Positions 10,145 to 22,380 of a stretch of DNA of 36,432 nt are shown here, piece by piece (the first letter of the stretch is position 1; each line of letters begins with the position of its first letter). The stretch comes from Nemertoderma westbladi. Lineage: Eukaryota > Animalia > Xenacoelomorpha. Made by a program: the position numbers and the translations under genes. The stretch is taken from assembly GCA_032718475.1 (NCBI GenBank), contig JAUCBJ010002099.1:1-36432 (forward strand). Reading direction: 5' to 3'. The notes beneath the pieces are model-generated. The model did not search any database, was not told the DNA's origin, and worked only from the letters and a program-made list of their open reading frames with translations.

Positions 10145-12802
10145 GTGGAACCTCTTTGTTCTGCCTATTCAGCCAATCAGAGCGATTTTCCCTTTATGTT
10201 TAACAGAGGCCTATGGACACTCGCGCAATGCATTACGGTCTGTGTTCTGAGCCGCAGATTACAGATGTGGAAGGCCGGGAATATGGAGGCCTTACTACAG
10301 GAGGCGGAGCGCTGCTCCCTCAAGTTCAGATCAGGGCGGCGAGCGAGAAGCAAGCCGGCTGGTGAGGACAAGGATCACACGATCCGAGTTTTTACTCATC
10401 TGATGTTAGAAGGGAAGGTACGCAGCGCTGTACGCTGGGTGACCGGTCGGGAGAGTGGCGGTTTATTAGACCCTGACCAGGAAGTCGACATGGGAGGAGG
10501 AAATGTCAAAGTCCTCGATATCCTGAGAGCCAAGCATCCACCCGCCTCCGAACCCCCCCCAGAATCTCTCCTCCAACCAGATGAAGAACTCCCAATCCGT
10601 GTCGATGTTGACATAACGGCCTCCCACGTCGAGTCTGCTGCTCGCCGACTACATGGGGGAGCCGGCCCGGCGGGCTCAGACTCAACTCGCTGGGGCGACT
10701 ATTTACTCAGATACGGCGCCCACAGCGAACGCCTTCGTGACGCCATCACCGATATCGCCCGGTCCTTCGCCAACACAGTTATACCGTGGGAGTCCGCACG
10801 TGCCCTTATGTCGTGTCGGTTGATTGCCCTGGATAAATGCCCAGGAGTTTGGCCGATCGGGATCGGGGAATGCTTGCGTCGCATTCTCGGTCGCTCAATG
10901 GCTGAAGCCACGGGGGATGATATTACGGCAACCTGCGGCGCTGAACAGCTCTCCGCCGGCACATCAGCAGGGGTGGAGGCCGCTGTCCACACGATGGCAG
11001 ATCTGTTCGATCAACGGAGTGATGACGGCTGGGGGTTCCTCCTCGTAGACGCGTCAAACGCGTTTAACTCTCTAAACCGGACAGCCGCGCTGTGGAATGC
11101 GCGTAGGCTGTGGCCCCGATGCTCCCTGTTTCTGTTCAATAGTTACCAGGGGCATGGCATACTAACAATACGCGGGACCGAGGAGGTGATATTCAGTGAG
11201 GAGGGCACCATGCAGGGAGATCCTCTCGCTATGCTTGAGTATTCTTCAGGGATTCTCCCCCTCATTCACCTCCTGCGTAAACCACCGGATACTCAACTGG
11301 TTCAGAACTGGTATGCGGATGACTCAGGGGCGGGAGGTAGACTGGAGCTGGTTCTCGAATGGTTCATCGAGCTACAGCGTTTCGGACCAACGCTCGGATA
11401 CTTCCCGGAGCCAAAGAAATGCTACCTCGTAGTAGCCCCAGAGTTTGTCGAGGAGGCTCGTAGAGTCTTTGCGGGCCAATCGATAAATATTGTGTCGGGT
11501 CATCGATTCCTCGGTGGGTACATAGGCGGCGCTGTAGAGAGGAGGGGCCATGTCCAGGCTAAGGTAGCAGGGTGGGTCGACTCTGTTGATCGTCTAGCTG
11601 AGATGGCAGAGGCCCAGCCCCAAGCCGCATTTGCGGCTATGGCCTGCTCCCTCCAGCGGGAGTGGGCCTACCTACAACAGGTAACCCCGGACTGTAGTGA
11701 GGAATACGAGGTGCTGGAGGAGGCAATAACCGAACGGTTTCTTCCAGCAATCTTAGGAAGTGAGGTATCCTCCCAAGAGAGAAAACTGTTCGGTCTGTCC
11801 CCCCGCAACGCTGGGCTCGGGCTGCGAAATCCGGTGTCCGAGGCCGCCCAGTCCTTCTCGGTTTCACAGAAGGGGACCGCTTCCCTCGCAGCAGCCATAC
11901 TCGGTAAGAGCTCATACATACACTCGGAGCATCTGGACTGTCTGAAGCGAGCGCGGAAAGAGGGTCGGGAACAGCAGATGTTGCGGGAGAAAGTCGACCT
12001 CGAATCCACGCTAGAGGAGTTAACGGACTGCCGCAGCCGGACAGTGCGGCGTGCCGCCGATTTCCGCTCGAGTGGGTGGATTTCTGCTGTTCCGCTAGCC
12101 GACCACCACCTAGACTTGTCCCCACAGGAGTTCCGGGACGCCCTGGCGATCCGCTATGGTCGCCCCTTGGCGGCAGTTCCGAGCAGGTGCGATGGGTGTG
12201 GGGCCGCCTTTGATTTAAACCACGGTTTAAATTGTAAAAAAGGCGGCCTTGTCATCCAACGCCATAACGAACTGCGGGATGTTTTCGGGGATCTCGCCGC
12301 GCTCGCATTTGGACCGCGTAACGTGGTGCGTGAGCCGATAGTCCGGGAGCAGCAGGGGGAGGAGGGAGCAGCTGGTCTTCGGTGTGACGTGGGCATCCGG
12401 GGCGCACTAAACCCACAGACTCAGGCGTTGATAGACATCCGGGTTGTAAACCTTGACGCCGAGTCTTATGTGGGTCGCGCCCCGATGTCAGTACTAGTGT
12501 CTGCCGAAGACGAGAAGAGGCGGCTCTATGCGGACGCAGTTACTGCTCGAAGAGGTGACTTTTCGCCTTTCGTTGCGTCCTGCTGCGGAGTACTCGCTCC
12601 TCAGGCAAATCACCTGCTTCGCGTGGTGGCTGACTGGCTGCATCGGTCATGGGGGCGTCCTTACAGCGTCACCATGGGCTGGGTTCGAACCCGCATCCAG
12701 CTGGCGGTCATCCGCGGCGCCACCCACTGCCTTCGGGGATCCAGGGTGAAGTGGAGGAGCGGCCTAGGGCTGGATGACGGTGCTGGGCTACCTAGCGTCT
12801 AG
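10145..12802 (+). CDS. CRE-clade non-LTR retrotransposon ORF (RT + CCHC zinc knuckle + PD-(D/E)xK restriction-like endonuclease), 5'-truncated but open
   Basis: RT motifs LIALDK..GV(W)PIGIGE..RR, QL..G...G.EAAVH, LLVDASNAFNSLNR, EGT(M)QGDPLAM, WYADD, GYFPEPKK, RFLGG. C-terminus CDGCG..NHGLNC, RHNELRD, RCDV, LIDIRV, EDEKRRLY, FSPFV, LRGSR. The GTG start is an ORF-finder artefact; recognisable homology begins near aa 33-40. Confidence 0.92.
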   Translation: MEPLCSAYSANQSDFPFMFNRGLWTLAQCITVCVLSRRLQMWKAGNMEALLQEAERCSLKFRSGRRARSKPAGEDKDHTIRVFTHLMLEGKVRSAVRWVTGRESGGLLDPDQEVDMGGGNVKVLDILRAKHPPASEPPPESLLQPDEELPIRVDVDITASHVESAARRLHGGAGPAGSDSTRWGDYLLRYGAHSERLRDAITDIARSFANTVIPWESARALMSCRLIALDKCPGVWPIGIGECLRRILGRSMAEATGDDITATCGAEQLSAGTSAGVEAAVHTMADLFDQRSDDGWGFLLVDASNAFNSLNRTAALWNARRLWPRCSLFLFNSYQGHGILTIRGTEEVIFSEEGTMQGDPLAMLEYSSGILPLIHLLRKPPDTQLVQNWYADDSGAGGRLELVLEWFIELQRFGPTLGYFPEPKKCYLVVAPEFVEEARRVFAGQSINIVSGHRFLGGYIGGAVERRGHVQAKVAGWVDSVDRLAEMAEAQPQAAFAAMACSLQREWAYLQQVTPDCSEEYEVLEEAITERFLPAILGSEVSSQERKLFGLSPRNAGLGLRNPVSEAAQSFSVSQKGTASLAAAILGKSSYIHSEHLDCLKRARKEGREQQMLREKVDLESTLEELTDCRSRTVRRAADFRSSGWISAVPLADHHLDLSPQEFRDALAIRYGRPLAAVPSRCDGCGAAFDLNHGLNCKKGGLVIQRHNELRDVFGDLAALAFGPRNVVREPIVREQQGEEGAAGLRCDVGIRGALNPQTQALIDIRVVNLDAESYVGRAPMSVLVSAEDEKRRLYADAVTARRGDFSPFVASCCGVLAPQANHLLRVVADWLHRSWGRPYSVTMGWVRTRIQLAVIRGATHCLRGSRVKWRSGLGLDDGAGLPSV

Positions 12803-13220
12803 AGCGTTTTAAACTAAAATTCTCAAAATTTTGGGCTCCTTACAAATAAATTTTAAAAGTTTCATTGTATCTTGGTGATGGGTATCTGTGCAATTGTTTG
12901 TTTGTTAATATTGTTTGTAATTGTGATTGATTCATTAATAGTAATAAATATTGTGGGGTCAAATCATTAAGGTTATCTTGATAATATAAAATGTTAGATA
13001 TTACATTAACAATTTGCATTGTTTGCATACACATTTTCTGAGCACTAGAACCAGCTCGGAATCTTCTGTACTTCTGTGTAGAAGTTTCAGACTTTGGCCT
13101 AGGAAAGATCAGATGGCTTTGATTATAAGAACGTAAAACTATTCACATGGAACATTGCTGCACATGTCATCCTGCATCATACCTGGAACACTGCATAAGT
13201 AACACATACTGACTGTTCAC

Positions 13221-14263
13221 TAGGGAGGGTCGATTTTTACTTTTTTTGGATATCTAGATTTTCTCATTGATAAAAAGTGGCCTTGGGTCCTAAAACTTTG
13301 TAGAAACGAAATTTTAACTCCTAAAAATCATGTTTGACCCCTGCACTGGACGTCGTCCAGTTCCCGCCCTAGCCGCTAGTGAGTCATTTTCCCAATTATT
13401 GTGATGATCAACTTCTAGTATTCCTACCGCATTGATATTATGCTCATTAGAACCACAATGACCGATTTAGTTGGTGTAGACACCTTCAAAACAAACATAG
13501 AGCGAGTAGTTTTTGAGATATTGCAGAATATGTGAAGTCCGGTACAAGTTAACATTAGCGCCTTGATGCGGTATTGACAAATACACTAAAAATTATAATT
13601 CTAATTTTCTCAAGGCAACCACAATTCCCACATAACTGCAATGATCAATTTAGGGGATGTTAACACTCTAAAAATATGAATTGAGTGATTAGTTTTCGAG
13701 TTATTGTACAAAATGTCAAGGTTAGGTCCACCAATTAATGACCTTATATTGAGCTGACTCAGTCCAGACGTTTTGTACAATAACTCGAGAACTAATCACT
13801 GAACTCATATTATTAGAGTTTCAACATCCCCTAAATTGATCACTGCAGTTATGTGTAAATTGTGGATGCCTTGAGATAATTAGAAGTATCATTTTTAGTG
13901 TATTTGTCAATACCGCATCAAGGCGCTAATGTTAACTTGTACTGGACTTCACATATTCTGCAATATCTCAAAAACTACTCGCTCTATGCTTGTTTTGAAG
14001 GTGTCTACACCAACTAAATCGGTCATTGCGGTTCTAATGAGCATAATATCAATGCGGTAAGAATACTAGAAGTTGATCATCACAATAATTGGGAAAATGA
14101 CTCAATAGCGGCTAGGGCGGGAACTGGACGACGTCCAGTGCATGGGTCAAACATGATTTTTAGGAGTTAAAATTTCGTTTCTACAAAGTTTTAGGACCCA
14201 AGGCCACTTTTTATCAATGAGAAAATCTAGATATCCAAAAAAAGTAAAAATCGACCCTCCCTA
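13221..14263. mobile_element. hAT-type foldback MITE (1043 bp; two 497-bp arms, 49-bp spacer)
   Basis: TAGGGAGGGTCGATTTTTAC...GTAAAAATCGACCCTCCCTA; 8-bp TSD CTGTTCAC (13213-13220, 14264-14271). Copy 2 has a single CTGTTCAC at 26621-26628 (empty site). Confidence 0.96.
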
Positions 14264-14332
14264 CTGTTCACCGCATTATTTTACTTCTGTTATTAATTGT
14301 TGTTATATTAATGGATATTGTTGTTATATTTG

Positions 14333-14390
14333 GAATTATAATAAAAAAACCACGGGAGGGGTCATATTGACCCCCCCGGGTTTAATAGGG
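14333..14390. mobile_element. Solo right end of the same piggyBac-like family as 8006-8773
   Basis: gaattataataaaaaaaccacggg..gtcatattgacccccccgggtttaataggg|TTAA, near-identical to the right end at ~8707-8773. Confidence 0.85.
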
Positions 14391-15204
14391 TTAAACTCTT
14401 GATTGCACAGTAGGTAATAAATATATTTGTCTAATGTTCTGGTAAGAACAATAATAGATTTTAGTTTCTTTATTGCGCTGTAGGCAATAAAGTCGAATGT
14501 ACTGTTCGGACTGTAAACTGTAGGCCTAACTGCCTAATCACCCGAACCGGTACTTACAGGTACCCAGTATTATTTCGATTGTAATAATTATATACCGGTA
14601 GGTCTTGATATTTAATCGGGGACTGCAGCCCTGGTTTTTTATTGGGATTTTACTTATTTCTGTCAGTTTTATTTATCTGTAAGTGTAATATTGAGCAGAA
14701 GGCGTGTAAGCCTGCTCCGATTTGTAAAATATAAACTGTATTAATAAAATAAGTATACAATTCAATTATAAAACGTATCATCATAATGTTTGACTGAGGT
14801 CATATTATGTACCGGTAGCGGTAGTGTACTTAACAGAAAAGCCACATAAATCGTTTTTGAATTGTTTGAATTATAAATCTGCATTAAAATATTGGCAATT
14901 TATAATAATATAATATTATATAAATAGACATTATTAGTATGACAGTCCTGAACTGGACCATCTAGTCCTCCTCTGACGGTGCATTGATAACAGGTGTATT
15001 CAACACACACAATTTAATACACAAATGAATTAAAGATAATATATATATATAATCAATTAAATTTGAAATAAAACCGAAAAAATCGAAGCTTATTAATTAA
15101 TTATTCTCAATTAATTATTAATTGTTGCTTTGTAATTCGTTATTTTGGAATTAATTTCGGCTGCCATCACGATTAAAATTTGAAAATTAATAATAAAAAC
15201 TAAC

Positions 15205-18200
15205 CACATTCTACATAGCGAGTCTTTTATTTCTCGGTAAATGGCTATTTGCGATGCATTGAGAAGATTCGCTCGAGTTGAATCAGTGAGCATCTCGTCT
15301 TCCAGAACGAAACTCAATTCGTCCTGGATTATGGCTGGAAGTTGGTTGTCAAACTGTTGTCTCTGTATGATAGCTATGTCTGTGCGCTCATTCACAGTTG
15401 GTACTGGAAGGCCAAAGTCCGACAGTTGTTTATAATTGTCTTGCAGCTTCTCTTCCAAAGACAAAAGTACCAAGACTTTGAGTTGGTCCGCGGTAGCGCT
15501 GGGATGTTTCCCGTTTAAATCATATACCCATTCTCTGTAGTGGTTCTCAAACAAAACCGATGGTCGCGATGCGTTGCAATATAACAAGATGACAACAAAG
15601 AGGCTGCGAATCTGATGGCAAAGTTTAGTTGCATCCGCTTCAACCAGCGCTCTTTCCCATTCACGGTCATCTTGTAGTAGCCCCAACTCCACACAAACTT
15701 CTTTATAAGTGGAAAATGTTGTTCCATCGATGGTTAACATATCCTAGAAAATAATAATTTTAGGAATGGTAAATGCTAAATGGTAGGTTGACATAATTTT
15801 TAGCATACCTCTTTCCAAGTGTCTCAGTTTGAAATAATTTAACAAGCTATAGTGTAAATACATAAGTACGATAATAACTATAGTATTACATGAATATCAA
15901 ATAGACTTCCCGCCAACGCACCCAGAGATATATAATTTGCCCATACCGAGCGAGGTTAATTATAGACTAAAGGGTCATATAAGGGACAAATATGTAATCA
16001 AATAAACATATGTGCTTTTATGTAAATACGTCATTTTTGAGTCCCCCCCCCATCCCCCCTTGCTCGAAATAAAACAGCGTAGGTAGAGAATCCCGGTGCC
16101 ACTGCGGATATATTGGATACATACGGCTTATTTATAATTGTAAAGGTATGCCTAAAACTGCAACACTGGGGAATAGATAGATTGGCTGGCTGGAGATAGA
16201 CTGGCGGTAGCTGATACAGGCAGCAGGTTTTTCCACAGTTGACCATATTATTAATGTATAGAAGATAAACAAAATGTTCCATAATATGGTGTATTTATTA
16301 ATAAAATAAATGGCCTACAGTGGAAGCAAATACATGCAACATTCGAATGCCCATATCTCATTTCCCAACCAAATTCAAATATATTTACATATTTGGAATC
16401 CTTGCATGGGCAGCTTTCTATTGGTACCATCAAATCACTATAAGGTTGGAGAATGATTGCACCGTGACCTGTAAAAATCACCGGAGAAACCTTTTTCAAA
16501 CACTTGTAGCGAAAGATTGAAAGCAAAAATAACAATTCTGGCTCACCCAGCAAGGAGGAGGGAGCTGAAACTATCTCTATTTCAAATTTCATGCAATCTT
16601 ATTAAGATTTGTAGAAAATTTTATGGGGGGGGGGGGGGGTCCAGGACATAAAACACACTATATTCCATGACATGGTGTAAGTACAGATAATGTACGAGGT
16701 TAAATATATAACATGGATTCAATTAGACAGAGTGAGTATCTTCTTAGTTAGTCTCTTATACTAACTATATACGTCAACGTCATTGTTCATAAAATAGCTC
16801 TTTCCATAGCGTTACGGCACGAAAGAACGAGGGCCGTAAAAGCTTTAAAGTGCTAATTATGAACTGGAGAATCAGAGAATGGAGAAAATTAATGGAGAAT
16901 CTAATTTTATTCATTTGTGGGGAATTATTTGTAGTTATTACGCGGTGACATACTGGATATATTGGACATACATAGTAAATGTATGGCGTAGAGACATTCT
17001 GATAAATAATGTGGCACTGTGATGTAAACTTGGAAAATATGTTGCACTGGCGATTTGATAGTGCGAAATTAATTCCGTACAAATAAATAAAAAATATTAA
17101 TTTAACTCACTTGGAAGCTTGTCTTTCCGCAGCAGTGATCCTCATGCAGAAGCAGCCTCAGATAATATTCATCTCCGGCGAGGGGATGGACGGTGTGCAC
17201 CCGACCTACAGTGAAGCCCTTCTAACGTGCCATTCGTGTTTACTCCTGTCCTATGTATGTTTCTTTGGGTAATTAACATATGTAACGTTCGTTGAGGGAT
17301 TCTTTGCGTTGAACTTGAAGAATGCTGTAAGTTCGGTATCTTTTGGCCCTTGCGATACGATTTCAGCAACATTTTCCTCGTTGAAAATCACCGTCTGCTC
17401 GTTCTCCAGGTGGACTCTGAGAGCCTGGACGGGAGGGCATTGCTGTGTGATATCGAATCCCAATACTCGATAAGCAGCTTCTGGAGATCCAATGTATCGC
17501 AGGTACTGATAGCTCCGAATTTCGTTCGTGTCCACACCAACCATTAATCTATCGCCACCCTTGTGCATATACTTAAATAAATACTTTACAGTATGCGCCG
17601 AAATGCAAATTTCAAAGTTAATGTGGCATTGGAACTTCAACAATAAATATGGCGAATACGGAACAATCCACTGGTTGGTCACAACTCTTCCTTTAAAAAT
17701 TACAGCCCTCCCACGTCGACGACGATACTCCGGGTAAAATGTAAAAGGTCTTGTCTTCCCATGTTGTAGCATCGGAAAATGGTTTAGGGAAACCTTTCTT
17801 ACAGCCATCGCCTTTGACTTTCTTACAGGCGGGCCTGCAGCTGTGCGTCATGAAGTTTAGCACACCTTCGAGAAGGCGCTGTGCCTGCTCCTTCGCGGGG
17901 CTTCCCTCAGCAAATTCCGCCAGATCAGGTGGCAATTCCGCAGAGATCATGGCGTCCACTTCATCCGCTGATGTTATTCGATCCCCTGGACACATGATTG
18001 CCAAAAGGTGAGCATGTGGGAGTCCTCGCTTCTGGAACTCTACCACATGTATCCGCGCGTCGAGTTTCCCAAATACCTTTCTCTCCCAGAGGTCGTCTAT
18101 TAATTCCTTTAGTTTGTTATTGAAGACCCGAGCAATGATGTCGGGTCGATCCTCGGGTTTCTGCCCAGGGTAGATTGACCCAAGAATCTCGGGCCAATTC

Positions 18201-21075
18201 GGATTGCACGTCATTGTTATGAAGGCATCTGGCTTTTTGAACTCGCGACATATGGCCATGGCATCCTGAAAATAAAATGAATTAATTATATTTCAATGTA
18301 TACCTTTCTTCACAAAAATGAAATTATTAAATAAATATCTTTAGGTCAAACTTAAAAGTAAAGTAAGTATATTATAGTATGTAAAGTATCTCTATAATCT
18401 AAAGGCATATATTTATAATACCACTTTTAAAAAATGTAATATAATTTTGAAGAACTTATTTTCGTATTTTATATTTTCATAAAACAAAATAATGTACCTG
18501 AAAATGAGAATGCATATATCGCGTGGAACCAATGTGTGACAGCGGTAGTACGACAAGCTTCCCAGCTCTTATGGGCTCATTAGTATTATCGTGTGCATGC
18601 ACTGCTTCGCACAATCTTCCGTACTTGTCAGCACGTAATTTTTGTTGGTTCGACGTGTAGTAGAACATGTCCTGATTCTCGATTTTCGCGAGTGCTAGGC
18701 ACAAATACTCCTGGAAGAGTCAGCGTCCCCTGCAAAACAGTAATGAGTAATGAGTAATGAAACTATTAATACATTTTACAAGGTTGTAAAATGTGACTTT
18801 TTTTAAATAAAATATTAATCTGATCTATTTGATTAAATTAAAGAAATCACTAATATTGAAAATCGAGTCGAGTTCCCTGTGCCTTCGAGGTGGTCGCCGT
18901 TCATGGTTTCGGGGACGGTGCTGGGCTCCGTGGATCGGACATAGCGGCTCAATATTGAGCTTTGTCTTAATTTATAATAAACTGAAATTATTAATATTCT
19001 AGGACTTTATATTTCAATTAATTTGTTGAAAAATTTGTTTTGGTGTTTGAATAATTATGTAAGTTTTTTAGTATTATTATATTATACTATTTATATTACT
19101 AATATTGAAAATTATATTATTTACAAAAAAAGTAGGTTCTACGTTCCTCTTCCGGCTTTGATTATAATATATCCTTCGAAATGTTTATCACGCCAAAACC
19201 ATTACATGCAATCAACAAAGTAATATTATATACATAATACATGTATTTATGGTTAACGGGATCCCGGCAAAAAATGCAATCCCGGTCCCGATCTCGACTT
19301 TTTTGAACCGGGATCCCGAAGTATAAAGTTAAGTCAATTTATAAATCAAATATACTGAATCACAAGAGGCCCCACCCCGAGAGAGTTTGATCTAATATTG
19401 ACACATAAGATATTAAACATTAAACACAATTAAATGTCACTCAGTACCGGTAGTCAAACAATAAAGAATAAATGGCAACTCACCAGTGCAAAGGATTGAA
19501 TTTAATAGCACCGATAATCGTCGTCCTAATCTGAATAATAAAACGATAGAAAGCCCGGGGTGTTAGTGACATATCCGGGTGCCAACCGTCCCTCCCAGTC
19601 GGGAAAAACAACACGAAGTGTAGCGGATCGGCCGCGCGGTTTGTATCCGAAATCTCCCTGACTTTGCGACCTGGTCCTCGAAGAGAGACAACAAAGTCAC
19701 GTCTCCTAAAAGTTGAATCTTCTGTCACAACTAAAACATAGTTAAAATCAAATAAATATTGACAAAATTGAAGCCAAAAATCAATTAAAGTCTCACCAAA
19801 AATTTAAAATTATAAATTAAATAACCCTTTATATTAGGTGGCCTAATATAAAATAAAATATATATTGTCTTCCCATAAAAATATTACAAATACTGTACCG
19901 GTAGTTGAAATGAGTTATGCAAAATTTTTTTCTGTGTGGGAAGGTATAGCTATATTTACATTGACAGCCGCATTTGGGACTATCACACATTAAATTTGAT
20001 TGAATCATCAAATTTTGAATGGGATTTTATCTATGGAGTTGGAGTTATAATACTGAAATAAGGGCGAGTTGAAAAGAGTATTAATATGTATTTCATTACA
20101 ACTACACCCGGGCTAGGGATATTAATTTTACGGAGGTATGTGTTTTCAAGGAAATGTCAAATAATCCGTGCCGCAGTTACGACCACAAGATCCAAGACAC
20201 CGAACCACTTAAACGCCACTAAGCTGGAATCACTTGTTTTTAGTGTCTTATTCTATTTGGGTTTCGCTGTGTTTTCAGAATGTGTATAAACTGGAAAAAT
20301 AGAAGGAGGAAAAATTGTGAAAGATTTATAATTGAAAATATATTAATTTCCGAAATTACGTTCAATATAAAACATCTAGTTAATAATGAAATTGACAAAA
20401 CAGAAAGTCGCAATCCAATTTTAGTTTAAATCTTATTAAAATTATTTTATACAATTCATATATGATGATATTTCTGTAAATATTTATGATTAAAAGTAAA
20501 CTTATATACAGTATATAATAAATTAAAAAAATAGGAAATTTCCGAAAAAAGATCTAGGAAAGTTCCCTAAATTTTCTCAGATCCCTAACCCGGGCGGATA
20601 TATTAAGCCTAACACAATCACGTACCAACTCACATATTACCATATTTCATTAATATAAAAAATTACATTAATTTATGCAGTAGGTCCAAAAAAACGAGAT
20701 CCAACACCATATGAAACTACCTCACGAAGGTGAGTAATATACCTGCATTTAAATATTTCCAGACCTTTTATATACTGTAGTCTCTAAAAAATATGAATCT
20801 ACTTACTGGATATTTCCTTCAATCCCTGAGGAGCTGTAAACCTTCTCTCGTGCTCCCCCTCGGGCCGACGACTGCCGTCTATGTGCAGCTGTAGAGACGT
20901 CGACTCATCTTGGTCCACAACCTCCATGGCACTCTTGAAATCCTTTAGATAAGGATTGCAGTTCTTGAGAACGTCCTGTAATTGTTCCAGGAGTCCCATT
21001 AATACATCCTTCTCCCTCGACGAAACGGATCCCGGAAGAACCATGTTTTTCCACCGCAGCACGGTTTCCTTATCC
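15205..21075 (-). pseudogene. Helitron Rep/Hel pseudogene, spliced, copy 2 (exons ~21075-20807, 19730-19484, 18729-18498, 18265-17111, 15743-~15205); truncated before the Pif1 helicase
   Basis: Same exons as copy 1 plus the Rep-helicase linker exon (DMLTIDG..TYKEVC..LGLLQDDREW..QIRSLFVVIL..LN.SQ..IY). Shares the 7-bp frameshift (17734-17746) and TAG (17251-17253) with copy 1; private CGA>TGA at 18720-18722 and a 4-bp deletion near 17220. The 3' edge of the last exon is tentative. Confidence 0.93.
20107..20594. mobile_element. CCCGGG-TIR MITE, duplicate of 6901-7388
   Basis: Same TIRs and flanks. Confidence 0.65.
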
Positions 21076-21225
21076 GTAAACCGCTAGTTCTACATAGTAC
21101 TGTCAGTTGTACTTCTATATACACAGAACTGCAGATTAATTAAACAATATTATCAGCTGCCCTATCATGTACAGTGTCTACGGAGCCCCTAAAGGGAAAT
21201 TTTGAAGAAAACAATTTATCTAGAT

Positions 21226-21318
21226 AATTCTTAATAGTAATTAATAGCGCTCTTAATAGTAATTAAGTGCGCTCTTTATAGTTATTAAGTGCACTCTTTA
21301 TAGTTATTAAGTGCGCTG
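21226..21318 (+). repeat. 22-bp minisatellite (~4 units; partly deleted in copy 1)
   Basis: ctcttaatagtaattaagtgcg / ctctttatagttattaagtgca units directly before the piggyBac TTAA. Confidence 0.8.
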
Positions 21319-21322
21319 TTAA

Positions 21323-22085
21323 CCCTATTACAGTACCACTGGGGTGTTTAAACCATTAACAGAACTGGCGGGGGTCGATTCGACTGCAGACTGCGACTAC
21401 ATGACAGTAGCCGATTCGGAAAAGTACAAGTTTGAGATGTCTAGTTCGATAATTATATATTCTATTGAATTCAGAACAGCTATAAACCTCTAAAAAGCAA
21501 TAAATAAATTGTCACAAGCAATTTTATCTATTGAATGGATTTTCAAAATTTTGTGCTAGCACCAAAATTTGCACACAGCACCGAAAAATACAAGTTTGAT
21601 ACGCTTGGCGAACTCTTATATATTTCATCGAAACCAGAACCCCAAAAAACCCCAGTTGCGTAAAAAACAAATTTCAAACAATAAATTTACAAAATTGACA
21701 TATTTCAAAATTTGGTGCTGGCACCAAAATTTGGCACCCGACGAAAAAAACAAGTTTGAAATTTCTAAATCAATTTATATGTATTCCATCCAATTGCTAA
21801 CACCAAAAAACCGGTATAAATCAAAAATAGAGATGCTACAATTCATATTTAATGAAAAGTAATTTTCAAAAAACGTCTCAAAAAAAGTGCCAAAAGTAGG
21901 GTTAAAAAATGGTACTATAACTCGAAAACTACCCAATATTTTTAAAAACGGTTTTCACTACTAGGAAGACAATCGATTTTTAGGAAAATCATAAAATTTC
22001 AGATTCCCAAATGCGTTTGTTTCAGAATTATAATAAAAAAACCACGGGGGGGGGGTCATATTGACCCCCCCCGGGTTTAATAGGG
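21323..22085. mobile_element. piggyBac-like non-autonomous element, copy 2
   Basis: TTAA|CCCTATTA...TAATAGGG|TTA(A). Confidence 0.8.
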
Positions 22086-22088
22086 TTA

Positions 22089-22380
22089 AGGCCCGTTCAC
22101 ATCCAACGGAACAGTACACCGCGCGGTGTACCACAGGGCCAGCAGTACACCGCTGACTGTGAACGACCCAACAGGTAGTTGTGCGCTAAACCGCGCGGTT
22201 TAGCGCAGCCCATTTAAATAATGTTAAAACAATTAATGTAATTTCCTGTTGAATTCACAGTCGGTTACCGCAACGGTACCGTTGGGTGTGAACGGGCCCC
22301 GGGTAGTGTACCGCTGGTTTACCGTTTCAATACCGCTAGACTACTTTACCGCTCACGCACCGTTGGATGTGAACGGGGCT
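22089..22380. mobile_element. PIF/Harbinger-like MITE, copy 2
   Basis: Same TIRs, TTA TSD. Confidence 0.85.

Larger units (their letters stand above)
2955..14717 (+). repeat. Tandem segmental duplication, copy 1 (left part interrupted by the 1-2954 element)
   Basis: Colinear and ~99% identical to 16183-27074. Offset is 13228 at the left end and 12357 at the right end because of indels and the hAT MITE. Confidence 0.97.

Noticed and set aside
10177-12749. Antisense and alternative-frame ORFs within the RT
   Set aside because: Expected shadow ORFs of GC-rich coding DNA.
10145-12802. Prokaryotic RT system (retron, group II intron, DGR, defence RT)
   Set aside because: The C-terminal CCHC + RLE endonuclease and the motif set are those of CRE non-LTR elements; the context has spliceosomal introns and eukaryotic MITEs.
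12803-13050. Poly(A) tail, TSD or specific target (SL RNA, telomere, microsatellite) for the CRE insertion
   Set aside because: An AATAAA is present near 12943, but no tail, TSD or recognisable target sequence was found.
14400-15200. Canonical Helitron termini (5' TC, 3' hairpin + CTRR)
   Set aside because: None identifiable on the Rep strand; the gene is cut before the helicase.
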